From assembly GCA_045636225.1 (NCBI GenBank), contig JAZTXB010000029.1, positions 1 through 61,506 of the forward strand: a DNA stretch of 61,506 nucleotides. The letters are read 5' to 3'. Both the position numbers and the translations under genes were made by a program. How positions within the stretch are numbered: the stretch's first letter is position 1; the number at the start of each line of letters is the position of its first letter. The notes beneath the pieces are model-generated. The model searched no databases. It was not told the DNA's origin and was given only the letters and a program-made list of their open reading frames with translations. Origin of the DNA: Bacilli bacterium (GTDB lineage Bacteria; Bacillota_I; Bacilli_A; RF39; UBA660). Positions 35,443 through 45,400 of the stretch are shown here, piece after piece.

Positions 35443-35629
35443 CTTTCCTCAAGCATTTTACGAGAGGTCTTTTTTTTTCCGGAGCATCTATCGCTTTTAA
35501 TAAAATTTCATCAACCGGCTCTGTCGTTCTATTTTGTTTTAAAAGTTGATTTCTAAATTCATTTAAAGCATTTATTAAAATACCTATCTCATATTTATCT
35601 AACTCTAACACTTTAATAGTTTCGTTCAT
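35423..35629 (-). CDS. small protein (68 aa), paralog of 58346..58492
   Basis: LELDKYEIGILINALNEFRNQLLKQNRTTEPVDEILLK aligns with the unlisted ORF at 58346..58492. Confidence 0.6.
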   Translation of the reverse strand: MNETIKVLELDKYEIGILINALNEFRNQLLKQNRTTEPVDEILLKAIDAPEKKRPLVKCLRKDDKRFK

Positions 35630-35641
35630 TTTATACCTCCA

Positions 35642-36520
35642 TTATCTTTCGTAATCTTTATTTTTCTGATTCTTTGAAATACTCTCAAAATGCTGATTCA
35701 TTCTTGCATTTATATCACTCATAGCAGTTCTCATTGAACTTAATTCGTTTCTTATTTCACTCGCACTCATATTTTTAAATTGTTCTGGAATATAATTAAT
35801 ATCAAAATTAGATGTGTCTATATCATATTTTTTACACAACATATATGCCGTACATTTACATTTGAAATTATCTAATTCTGTATTTCCACTTTCTTCTAAA
35901 CTAACTCTTGCTAATTCAGTAGATATTTCTTTAAACGTTCTTTGTATGTCATCTGTTCTTTGAACATATAGCACATTATCATCTTTATTCCATTCAGCAA
36001 CATTATTGCTATTAGGAATTATATCTACTGCTTTTATATCAACAGGACATTCTTTTAGTAATGCTGTTAATTTAGTCCTATCATCATATAAACTTGCTAG
36101 TACGGATTGTTTTGCTGTTGTTTGTGTTATATCAAACATTTTCTTTGGATTATATGAAGTTGCAAAACTTCCATCACTCCTTGTATATTGATCTCCTGGT
36201 TCTAAAATAATTATTCCATTTTCATTTTTCTTTATAAATGCTCCTTGTTCTTTCCAATCATCAAATTCCTTTAATCTTGTTGCATTTGGCATTTGATTTG
36301 TTATTAATAAAGCATTGCCAACTGAATATTTATCAAATCTACCTTGTATATCTAAATAAGTTTTAAATTTGCTTATATCTTGTATAATTTCTTCAGCTGT
36401 TTTGTCCATAGTATCATAAGCAAACTTTCTTTGTTCTTGTTTTTGTTTTATCCAGGCATCCCTATCAAAACTTTTTTTATTAGTTTCTTTTGTCCCTACT
36501 ATTGAATCTATTTCATTCAT
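35642..36520 (-). CDS. ArdC-N-like (DUF1738-type) ssDNA-binding domain protein
   Basis: YSVGNALLITNQMPNATRLKEFDDWKEQGAFIKKNENGIIIL resembles the ArdC N-terminal domain pattern. Confidence 0.5.
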   Translation of the reverse strand: MNEIDSIVGTKETNKKSFDRDAWIKQKQEQRKFAYDTMDKTAEEIIQDISKFKTYLDIQGRFDKYSVGNALLITNQMPNATRLKEFDDWKEQGAFIKKNENGIIILEPGDQYTRSDGSFATSYNPKKMFDITQTTAKQSVLASLYDDRTKLTALLKECPVDIKAVDIIPNSNNVAEWNKDDNVLYVQRTDDIQRTFKEISTELARVSLEESGNTELDNFKCKCTAYMLCKKYDIDTSNFDINYIPEQFKNMSASEIRNELSSMRTAMSDINARMNQHFESISKNQKNKDYER

Positions 36521-36522
36521 AA

Positions 36523-37332
36523 TTAATTACCTCTTTCCTTTGATTTTTTCTTTTTATTTTTTGGTTGTTTATGTTTTTGTGTATCTTTTTGTTGTTTCTT
36601 TTCTTTTGATTTATCAGACTTTTCTAACTCTGCTTGTGCCTTTTGTTCTTCTTTAATATTTTTTATTTCTTCTCTAACTGAAGGCTTTTCAGTTTTAGTA
36701 CCCTTGTCTGCTTTGTTTTTGTTGTCTAAGGTAGGCTCTGACAGAGGGCTTTTTTCCATCTTTGCCACATTCGGGTTTGATACTTCATTTTCCTCCTTTG
36801 CAATAGGTTTAGATAAAATATCATCCACTAATCTTTCCTCAATACTTTTAACAATTATTCCTTTATCTGCTTCTGCTTTTCCATCTTTTGATTTTTGAAT
36901 TTCACTCTTAATCAATGCAGTATCAACAGTAGCAAGATTAAACCTTTCAACTATACGATTGATTTTACTAGCATCTTCTGCTCTAACCATAATATCTACC
37001 ATTCCATCCATACTTTTTGATTTCTTATCAACTAAAGCACTAAATAAAACACCATATCTCTTTGCTTCTTCTGTAAACTTTTTTAAATCTTCTTTCTTAA
37101 CAGAAAATACTTTTAATTCTTTACCAGATTTAAGCATATTAACAAGTTTGGTTTTACCTTTTATTTGTTGATTGTCTTTCATAATAGTATAAATAAGTGC
37201 AGCTACATTTTTTGCTCCACTACCAGATATTCTTGCGGCTACTTCTATACCTTGTAAACTCATTCTTACAATTGACTCAGCTGCGTCACCTGATGAATTC
37301 ATTTTTTTCCACTTCCTTTCCACTTTCTTCAT
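36523..37332 (-). CDS. PcfB/DUF3801-family conjugation protein with K/E-rich tail
   Basis: AAESIVRMSLQGIEVAARISGSGAKNVAALIY...KVFSVKKEDLKKFTEEAKRYGVLF; the start may be the internal ATG at 37302. Confidence 0.7.
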   Translation of the reverse strand: MKKVERKWKKMNSSGDAAESIVRMSLQGIEVAARISGSGAKNVAALIYTIMKDNQQIKGKTKLVNMLKSGKELKVFSVKKEDLKKFTEEAKRYGVLFSALVDKKSKSMDGMVDIMVRAEDASKINRIVERFNLATVDTALIKSEIQKSKDGKAEADKGIIVKSIEERLVDDILSKPIAKEENEVSNPNVAKMEKSPLSEPTLDNKNKADKGTKTEKPSVREEIKNIKEEQKAQAELEKSDKSKEKKQQKDTQKHKQPKNKKKKSKERGN

Positions 37333-38641
37333 TTAATTCTTTTAAATTTTCTTCCAATTTTGGACTTCTTTCTAATATTCCATTACATAGCACCACCTCC
37401 TTTCGTAATGGATTAATTTCATTATTGATTAAATCAATTTGTTTTTTTATTTCCTTTTGTTCTTCTTTACTTTTAGATTTTTTATATCTGTACCACAACT
37501 TGCTACGTTCATCCATAAGTTTGTCTAGTTGCTTTTCTTTTTCTGTTTTAAACAAAAAAAACTGCTCGTTAGTTTTTAAATTATTTCTAACGAGCAGTCT
37601 TGCTTCATTTGATATTTCTTCCATTTTTCTTACATCAGCACGAATTGTTGGGGTTAATCTTTGATACGGATATTTTTTTGGAAATACTTTTAACAAATAA
37701 CAATAATGTAAATACAATCCATAAAAACCATTTTTTCTTGGTTTTTGATAATTAAATATCTTATTATTTTTCTTATTCCCATATTCTTCAATAAAAGGTA
37801 TTCTAGTAGCTTGTGTATTGATAATTCTTTCTTTAATATTCTCAATACTATATTCATCACCAAAATATCTTTCTATACGAATATTCTTCTTGTATGGATT
37901 TCTTCTAATACTTATTTTATTTGCTCTATAATAGATTTCATAATCCATTGCTTTCATAAGTTTTTCAAAATCACTATAAGAATACGCTTGTGCTATTGCA
38001 CGATCTAAATCTTGTTTTGCTAGAGTATAATAATTATCTCTTTGTGTATATACTTTTTGATAATTAGTAAAATCAATTTTGCTACGCCTACATGGTTTTT
38101 CTTTCACAACACTTAATCCGTATTCTTCACAAAGACAATCTGATAATCTTCTTAATTCTGCATAAGTTTCTCTCTTATCATAATATCTTTTACCATCTAC
38201 AAATGATACAGAATTAATAACAAAATGATTATGATAATGGTTTGTATTTAAATGAGTAGATACAACAACTTCAAATCTATCTCCCCACATTTCTTCTGCC
38301 AATTTAACTCCAATAGCATGAGCTCTTTCTGGTGTTACTTCCCCCTCTTTAAAAGATTGAAAAGCATGAAAACCTAAAATTCCACCTGTCTTATTAAATT
38401 GTTGTTTTGTAATTATCATTTCTTCATAAGCAGTTTCTGGCGAACAATTTAAACCGGATACATAGAATTGCTTTTCAGTTTTGTATTCTGCCTCAACATA
38501 ATCTATAACATTATGCAAATTGTAATAACTTTCATTTGCATATTCTTTGTTTTTTGTTTTCTCTATATCACTTGTATATTCAACTACATAATTTAAATCT
38601 TTACTAATTTTCCATATACCTGTTACTGCAATTTCAATCAC
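37286..38641 (-). CDS. relaxase/mobilisation nuclease
   Basis: HAFQSF...; His cluster STHLNTNHYHNHFVINSV typical of relaxase/mobilisation-nuclease-domain relaxases. Confidence 0.9.
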   Translation of the reverse strand: MIEIAVTGIWKISKDLNYVVEYTSDIEKTKNKEYANESYYNLHNVIDYVEAEYKTEKQFYVSGLNCSPETAYEEMIITKQQFNKTGGILGFHAFQSFKEGEVTPERAHAIGVKLAEEMWGDRFEVVVSTHLNTNHYHNHFVINSVSFVDGKRYYDKRETYAELRRLSDCLCEEYGLSVVKEKPCRRSKIDFTNYQKVYTQRDNYYTLAKQDLDRAIAQAYSYSDFEKLMKAMDYEIYYRANKISIRRNPYKKNIRIERYFGDEYSIENIKERIINTQATRIPFIEEYGNKKNNKIFNYQKPRKNGFYGLYLHYCYLLKVFPKKYPYQRLTPTIRADVRKMEEISNEARLLVRNNLKTNEQFFLFKTEKEKQLDKLMDERSKLWYRYKKSKSKEEQKEIKKQIDLINNEINPLRKEVVLCNGILERSPKLEENLKELNEESGKEVEKNEFIR

Positions 38642-38690
38642 TTCCTTTCAAAAAAAGAATAGATATTTCTATCTACCCTCTATAAATAAT

Positions 38691-39227
38691 TTAATTATTA
38701 TGTTCTTTATCTGATTGTTCTTTTAGTCCTAATATTTTGTTATCCCATTTTTCTAGTGGTTCTTCATTTAAACTTTTAGAATAAATATATATTCTTGCGT
38801 CTATATAATTGTCTTTATCATCTGGATTATCATATTCTTCTTTTATTAATCCTCTTGACTCGTATAATTTATGAGCATCAGTAGCGAACTCATCCGTATA
38901 TAATCTAAATCTCGTATATTGTTTTTCTTTTGCTAATTCTATTGTTTTATCCAATGCCATTTTACCATAACCATTATGTCTGTATTTTTCTAATATACCA
39001 AACCAACCTAGCCATGCACTTTCTGGATATTCGTGATAAGAATATATACCAGTTACTCCAACAGGTGTATCATTTACATATACGATATAATAATCTTGTT
39101 CTTTACGATATGGATCTTTATTTATTTGCTCTATAAAATTTTGTCTGCCATCTTCTTCTGGGAAAATTTCATTTTGTATTTTACAAGCTAACTCTAAATT
39201 ATCTATATCAATTCTCTCAAATTTCAT
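38691..39227 (-). CDS. GNAT-family N-acetyltransferase
   Basis: WFGILEKYRHNGYGKMALDKTIELA (acetyl-CoA-binding motif A). Confidence 0.85.
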   Translation of the reverse strand: MKFERIDIDNLELACKIQNEIFPEEDGRQNFIEQINKDPYRKEQDYYIVYVNDTPVGVTGIYSYHEYPESAWLGWFGILEKYRHNGYGKMALDKTIELAKEKQYTRFRLYTDEFATDAHKLYESRGLIKEEYDNPDDKDNYIDARIYIYSKSLNEEPLEKWDNKILGLKEQSDKEHNN

Positions 39228-39245
39228 TTTAATATCACCAATTCC

Positions 39246-39485
39246 TTAATAAATATTTAAAATTCTTTCTTCATTATCTTCAATATTTTCGCCATAAATA
39301 TAGTGTTGTTTTAATAATAAATCTACATCATCATATTTTTCTTTTTTACTATCATATAGGTCAGCAAAAATAACTACACCATCATCCACTTTTTGAATAG
39401 TGTATTCCAAACCATACAATTTAAATTTTACCATACCTTTTTCTTCAAATACTGATTTCAGTTTTTTTATATTCACAAACACCAC
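39246..39485 (-). CDS. hypothetical small protein (79 aa)
   Basis: ORF only. Confidence 0.5.
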   Translation of the reverse strand: MVFVNIKKLKSVFEEKGMVKFKLYGLEYTIQKVDDGVVIFADLYDSKKEKYDDVDLLLKQHYIYGENIEDNEERILNIY

Positions 39486-39542
39486 CTGCTTTTTACAAAT
39501 ATATTATAACTTATTTTTTTAATTTTTACTACTGTATGCATT

Positions 39543-39875
39543 TTAATTTTCTACTTTCTTTGGAGTTAAAAACTCTCTTTTCAAATCAACAATTAAACGA
39601 TTCATTTCATCTATTTCTTTTTTTAGATTTATACCATTCACAAATCCTTGTTTATTAGCATACTTTGCAATTTGATTAAGGTTCTTTCCAATAGCTCTTA
39701 ATTCTTTTATTGCTTCATAAAATTGTTGAGATGGTTTTTCTCTTAATTGATATCCAACTATTAAATTTCTAATAAAATCAGAAGCAGTTATTCCTGCAGA
39801 TTCAGATTTTAATTTCAATAAGTAATCTTCTTCTCTATTTAACCATATTTGTTTTTTTATTCCACGATTTCGCAT
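39543..39875 (-). CDS. mobC: MobC-family relaxosome accessory protein
   Basis: WLNREEDYLLKLKSESAGITASDFIRNLI ... GKNLNQIAKYAN pattern. Confidence 0.75.
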   Translation of the reverse strand: MRNRGIKKQIWLNREEDYLLKLKSESAGITASDFIRNLIVGYQLREKPSQQFYEAIKELRAIGKNLNQIAKYANKQGFVNGINLKKEIDEMNRLIVDLKREFLTPKKVEN

Positions 39876-40033
39876 TTGACCACCTCTGGATTATCTTCTT
39901 CTATTTCTTTATCTTTTAGAACTAATAGTCTTTCTAATTCATTAACTCTATTTATTTGTAGGCAACACATTAAGGTGGTCATTATTAAACCACCTATGAT
40001 TGTTCCTAACACAAAAAATAATAATTCACTCAT
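39857..40033 (-). CDS. small TM + coiled-coil protein (58 aa; DUF3789-like), not in ORF track
   Basis: Own translation: MSELLFFVLGTIIGGLIMTTLMCCLQINRVNELERLLVLKDKEIEEDNPEVVKCEIVE; overlaps the mobC start by 19 nt. Confidence 0.5.
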   Translation of the reverse strand: MSELLFFVLGTIIGGLIMTTLMCCLQINRVNELERLLVLKDKEIEEDNPEVVKCEIVE

Positions 40034-40140
40034 AATCTTTTATTCCTTTCTATTTTTATTTTCTATTTAAGGGGATTGGGGATTTCCCCACATACGAATT
40101 TATATGGGAGTATAAATTCAGTGCTGGCTCCAGAAACATA
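40034..40140. other. oriT candidate region
   Basis: Only non-coding gap in the mob module, upstream of the DUF3789-like/mobC/relaxase genes; contains GGGGATTGGGGATTTCCCC (GGGGA-tt-TCCCC inverted repeat) at 40071-40089. Confidence 0.35.
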
Positions 40141-40770
40141 TTACTCCCCGTAAGTACATTCGTTACAAACAGGACAATAATGTTCGCATGAAGAACAATC
40201 CATAATTTCCTCATCTTCGTCAATTTCTTCATCATTTTTTTCTTCATATTCTTCGTCAGCTTCTTCACAAAATTGTTCAAAATTTTTATCTAAATCTAAA
40301 TATTTTTCTGCAATTTCTTCTTCAGTTTTTGTTTCAAAATCTGTTAATGCTTTATTTAATAATGCCTTATCTTCAGTAACAAAAATTGAAATATTTTTAA
40401 TGTTTTTATCTAAATCTATTAACTCATTTTCTGTTAATAAATCTATTATAGTCATACAAGCTTTGCCTTCATTTTGAGCATGAATTTTAAATATATCTGT
40501 ATTTTTATTTTTAACTAATACATAAAATAATTTATCTTCTTCTCTTTCATAAAATCCTGTATCTTCTAAAGTATTTAAAAAATCTAAACCTAATATTTTA
40601 CATAGATTTATTATAGTAAGCAAGTTGGGAACTTGTCTTTCACCATCTTCTATTCTCTTTAATTCAGTATCACTTATATCTACAATTGCAGCTGTTTTTC
40701 TTCTTGAATACCCTTTCTTTTCTCTCATTGTTTTAAATATTTTTCCTAATTTCATATAATCTTGTTTCAT
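40141..40770 (-). CDS. XRE-family HTH protein with acidic linker and C-terminal Cys-rich tail
   Basis: HTH (RRKTAAIVDISDTELKRIEDGER); tail CSSCEHYCPVCNEC. Confidence 0.75.
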   Translation of the reverse strand: MKQDYMKLGKIFKTMREKKGYSRRKTAAIVDISDTELKRIEDGERQVPNLLTIINLCKILGLDFLNTLEDTGFYEREEDKLFYVLVKNKNTDIFKIHAQNEGKACMTIIDLLTENELIDLDKNIKNISIFVTEDKALLNKALTDFETKTEEEIAEKYLDLDKNFEQFCEEADEEYEEKNDEEIDEDEEIMDCSSCEHYCPVCNECTYGE

Positions 40771-40775
40771 AATTT

Positions 40776-41735
40776 TTATCTTTCCTTTCCATATCTATTT
40801 TTATAATTTATTCCTAGTTTGGAACATAAAAAATCATTGAAGTCCTTTCCTACTTTTGGTGGATCATCAATGATTTCATATTGTTTTGGCAAAACTGTTT
40901 TTAATGCCATTGTTGCTAATCTTCCTGCACTATCATTATCTAAATGCAATATAATCTTTTTTATATGTTGATTTTGATTTAAGTAATAATTTAATGCTAG
41001 TGGTATTTTACTTTCATCTATTTTTTTTGCCGGTTGATATACACCTGCTAATGAAAGTAAATTTTCTTTATACCATTCTTTATTATCTAATTTCATAATC
41101 GTAGCATAAGATAAAAGGTCGATAGCACTTTCAAATAAATGCACTGTATTATTTGGTTCTATCGCATCTATTTTAAAAGAAAACGCCTTATGACTTCCAT
41201 AGGCATCTTGCATAAATCTACTTGAGTTACAAGCTCTTAATCCTGCATATCTTGCAGTTTTATTTTTATCATATCCTACAAAGACTACATTATGATTTGG
41301 ATATTGTTCATAAATCAAATCATTATCTATACACTCTAATATAATATCTTTGTCTATACCTCTACCAGTTAAATAACTGATTACATGATTATTATTTTCT
41401 GCTTTTTTTGGTAATAATAATCTAATATTTTTTATCTTTTCAGTTTGTTTATATTGTATTGGTGGACTTATTTTAGAATGTCCTAATATTGTTTCTACTG
41501 CCTGAATAAAAGAATAATCTCTAACTTTAATTAAATATTCTAATGCTGTTTTTCCACCCACACCTTGTGAAAACCAATACCACATTCCATTTGATATTTT
41601 TAAACTATCATGCGTTCTTGTCATATAAGTATTTCTATTAAATGGTACTAACTCATCAGGTTCATAATTTTTTAAATAAGTGTATAAATCAATTTGTTTT
41701 ACTTTTTCTATCACTTCTGGTGGATAATATGCCAT
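40776..41735 (-). CDS. DUF3991/Toprim-domain primase-like protein
   Basis: WYWFSQGVGGKTALEYL block and C-terminal Toprim acidic motifs (FESAIDLLS ... LHLDNDSAGR). Confidence 0.75.
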   Translation of the reverse strand: MAYYPPEVIEKVKQIDLYTYLKNYEPDELVPFNRNTYMTRTHDSLKISNGMWYWFSQGVGGKTALEYLIKVRDYSFIQAVETILGHSKISPPIQYKQTEKIKNIRLLLPKKAENNNHVISYLTGRGIDKDIILECIDNDLIYEQYPNHNVVFVGYDKNKTARYAGLRACNSSRFMQDAYGSHKAFSFKIDAIEPNNTVHLFESAIDLLSYATIMKLDNKEWYKENLLSLAGVYQPAKKIDESKIPLALNYYLNQNQHIKKIILHLDNDSAGRLATMALKTVLPKQYEIIDDPPKVGKDFNDFLCSKLGINYKNRYGKER

Positions 41736-41744
41736 TTATATTAC

Positions 41745-41957
41745 CTACCTTTCATATTCTTTATTCTTCTTTTTATCTTTTTCTACAACGTCTTCATATT
41801 CTCTATAATTAGTTTCTTTCCAAGCCTCATAATCTAAAACAATTTCTTCATTTCTATACATTTCTTCTGCCTTATCTATTGCTTCTTCTAATGAATTTGC
41901 TTCAATTTCATAAACATTTTGCAGTATTTCTTCTACTTCAATTTTATAAACTTTCAT
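41745..41957 (-). CDS. DpnD/PcfM-like small protein
   Basis: MKVYKIEVEEILQNVYEIEANSLEEAIDKAEEMY pattern. Confidence 0.5.
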   Translation of the reverse strand: MKVYKIEVEEILQNVYEIEANSLEEAIDKAEEMYRNEEIVLDYEAWKETNYREYEDVVEKDKKKNKEYER

Positions 41958-42017
41958 TTTATACCTCCTTATAAATAAAATAAAGCGATTCTAGTTGGTT
42001 CTAAAATCGCTTTCAAT

Positions 42018-42347
42018 TTAATCTTTTATTATTCCCATTTTTTTAAAATAATAATAAGCTTCTCCTCCACCTTTAAAGAATAATTCTTTTTCTTCAATTA
42101 TTCTTTTGTCATCTAAAAGTGAAAGATATTTAGCTAATGCCATAACTTCTTCTTTTGATAAATCATAACTTTTGTTATCTTCTATTATTTCTCTTATTCT
42201 TGGAAAATTATTAAGTGTTTTACTTATTTCCCTTTGAATATTTTGATATATAGAATTTGTTTTATTAAGATTAACAAATAAATCTGATACATATTCAGAA
42301 AAACATTCATCATATTTATCAAAAAAACCTTTAATAGTATTAGTCAT
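42018..42347 (-). CDS. hypothetical protein (109 aa)
   Basis: ORF only. Confidence 0.55.
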   Translation of the reverse strand: MTNTIKGFFDKYDECFSEYVSDLFVNLNKTNSIYQNIQREISKTLNNFPRIREIIEDNKSYDLSKEEVMALAKYLSLLDDKRIIEEKELFFKGGGEAYYYFKKMGIIKD

Positions 42348-42405
42348 TGAGTTCCACCTCCAATTATAATTTTATATATTAAAATTAATAATTCAAATGT
42401 GCGAT

Positions 42406-45400
42406 TTACCTTTCATAATCTCTTTTGGAAACTTGACTATCTACTATATCATTTTCTTTATCATCTATTATCTCTTTATCTTTTTCATTAAGATTAAGAG
42501 CTATATTTAATTCATCTAATCTTTTTGATTTTGTCTTTAATTCTTCCTCTTGTGGAAATGGTCTTGTTATTTCTTGTTTTGCATTTTCAAATTGTTTTTT
42601 GGTATCTTCTAAATTATTAATAGCATACTCTATTTTACTTTCTATACCATTTAAAACATTATCAATACGAGTAATATTACCATGCACATCAGCACCAAGT
42701 TCTACATCATAAGACAAATTATTTTTCATTCCTAAATGAAATTTACGATCAAAGCTATCAAAAGATAATATCATTTTAAATCCTTTATACTCACCAATTT
42801 CTATCGGCTCAGTATTAGTCATTGATTTACAAATATCAATTATTAACTGTCCTGCTTCAGCTTTTTCAGAATATTCATTACCACGAATAATCATTCCTTG
42901 AAAACCATCAATTTGCTTTGTATTTTGATTTAAATGTTCTACATCCTTTTTTATATTTTCAAGTCTATTTTCTAATCTTTTTATTTCAGTAGGATAAAAT
43001 TTTATAACTTTATCTTCCAATGCATAAATTTCACTCAAATGAGTTTGTTTTAATAATTTTAATTTAGCAACTTGTGTATCAAGTTCTGTCTTTTCAATTA
43101 TTAAAGGATTACCTGCAGCTAACGCTTTTATTTCTGCATAACTTAATGCAGTTTCATCTATATCTTCTGCAAATCTAACTGGTGTTTTTGAGGTCATTAT
43201 TTGTGAAATAAATCTTTGTTTATTTTCAACTAACTGATATAAATATGCATCAAAAGTTCCCTCTGTAACATATCTAAAAATATCAACTTCTTCGTTTTTA
43301 TTTCCCTGTCTTATTATTCTTCCACTTCTTTGAATTAAATCACTAGGTCGCCACGGACAGTCTAAATCGTGCAATGCAATTAGTCTATCTTGACAGTTTG
43401 TTCCTGCACCCATTTTTTGAGTAGAACCCATTAATACCCTTACTTGTCCTTTTCTAACCTTACTAAATAATTCTTGTTTTCTTATATCTGTATTAACATC
43501 ATGAATAAAAACTATTTCTTCTTCTGGTATTCCTTTATTTATTAGTTTATTTTTTATATCATCATAAACATTAAACTTACCATCATTATGTGGTGTAGAT
43601 AAATCGCAAAATAACAATTGAGCAGACTTATCATCTTCAGTTTTTTTCCAGATATCATAAATATTATTAGCACAAGTAGCTACTTTACTGTTTTCAAAAT
43701 CTTCTAACATCTCATTAGTTAATCTCTGGTCTAATGCTAATTTTCTTCCGTCATTTGTTATCTTTAACATATTATCTTCAGTAGAATTAACCATTTTATT
43801 TCTTACACGTTCAGCTCTATCAGCTAACTCTTTTACCATCTCTTTTTGAATTTCACTAGGTTGTATTACTATATTGTGATAATTAGCTTTCGGTACTGGT
43901 AAATTTAACATTTCTGCAGTTTGTATATCAGCAACTTCTTTAAACATTGCCATAAGTTCTGGTAAATTATAGAACTTTGCAAATCTAGTTTTTGCTCTAT
44001 AACCAGTTCCTTCCGGACTCAATTCTATCGCTGTTGTTGTTTCACCAAAAGTAGAAGCCCATGCGTCAAAATGTTGCAAATTTCTTTTTTCTAATTCACT
44101 ATATTGTAAATATCTTTGCATTGTATATAATTCAACCATTGAATTACTAATTGGTGTTCCAGTCGCAAAAATTATCCCTTTACCACCTGTAATTTCATCA
44201 AGATAACGACATTTCATATATAAATCTGAACTTTTTTGTGCTTCTGTTTGTGCTATACCACCAACATTTCTCATCTTTGTATATAAAAACAAATTCTTAT
44301 AATAATGAGCCTCATCTACAAATATTCTATCTACACCTAATTCTTCAAAAGTGATAACATCATCTTTTCTACTGGTATCATTAAGTTTAGCTAATTTTGC
44401 CTCTAAACTTTTCTTTGTCTTTTCTAATTGTTTAATAGAAAATCTTTCGCCATTACTATTTTTTAAATCTTGAATACCAAAAGTTATCTCATCTATTTCT
44501 TTTTGAAGAATTGCTTTTTGTCTTTCTGCAGACATTGGTATTTTTTCAAATTGAGAATGACTTATTATAACTGCATCATAATCACCTGTTGCAATTCTTG
44601 AACAAAACTTTTTACGATTAGCAGTTTCAAAATCCTTTTTAGTTGTTACTAAAATATTTGCACTCGGATATAATTGCAAAAATTCTTGACCAAATTGTTC
44701 TACTATATGATTTGGTACAACAAATAATGATTTGTTACATAACCCTAATCTTTTTGACTCCATTGCAGCTGCAACCATTTCAAAAGTTTTTCCTGCACCA
44801 ACTTCATGAGCTAATAAGGTATTTCCACCATATAGAATTCTTGCAATTGCATTAACTTGATGTGGTCTTAATTTTATTTCTGGATTTATTCCATCAAAAA
44901 CTATATGTGAACCATCATATTCTCTCGGTCTAATAGAATTAAATTTTTCATTATAAATTCTTGTTAATCTTTCACGTCTTTCTGGATCTTTCCATACCCA
45001 TTCTTCAAAAGCTAATTTAATTTGTTCTTGTTTAGCTTGTGCTATTGCAGTCTCTTTTTTATTTAATTCCGCAACTCTTTTACCATTCTCATCTTCATAA
45101 TAATCGTAAATTCTTACATCTTTTAAATTAAGTGTATCTTCGATTATTTTATAAGCATTTGCTCTACCTGTACCATAAGTGTTATATGATTTTACATTAT
45201 ATTTATCATAGTTTTTTCCCTCTATATTCCATTGAGAAGTACTTTCCATATAATGAACTTTTATATTTCTACTTGTATGCCAAGATGGATTTAATAAGTA
45301 ATCAATAAATACTTTTATATCTTCTGGTGGTATCCAAGTAGTTCCTAATCTAACACTAATTTCACTTGCACTTAAATCTTTAGGTTGAACATCTTTAAGG

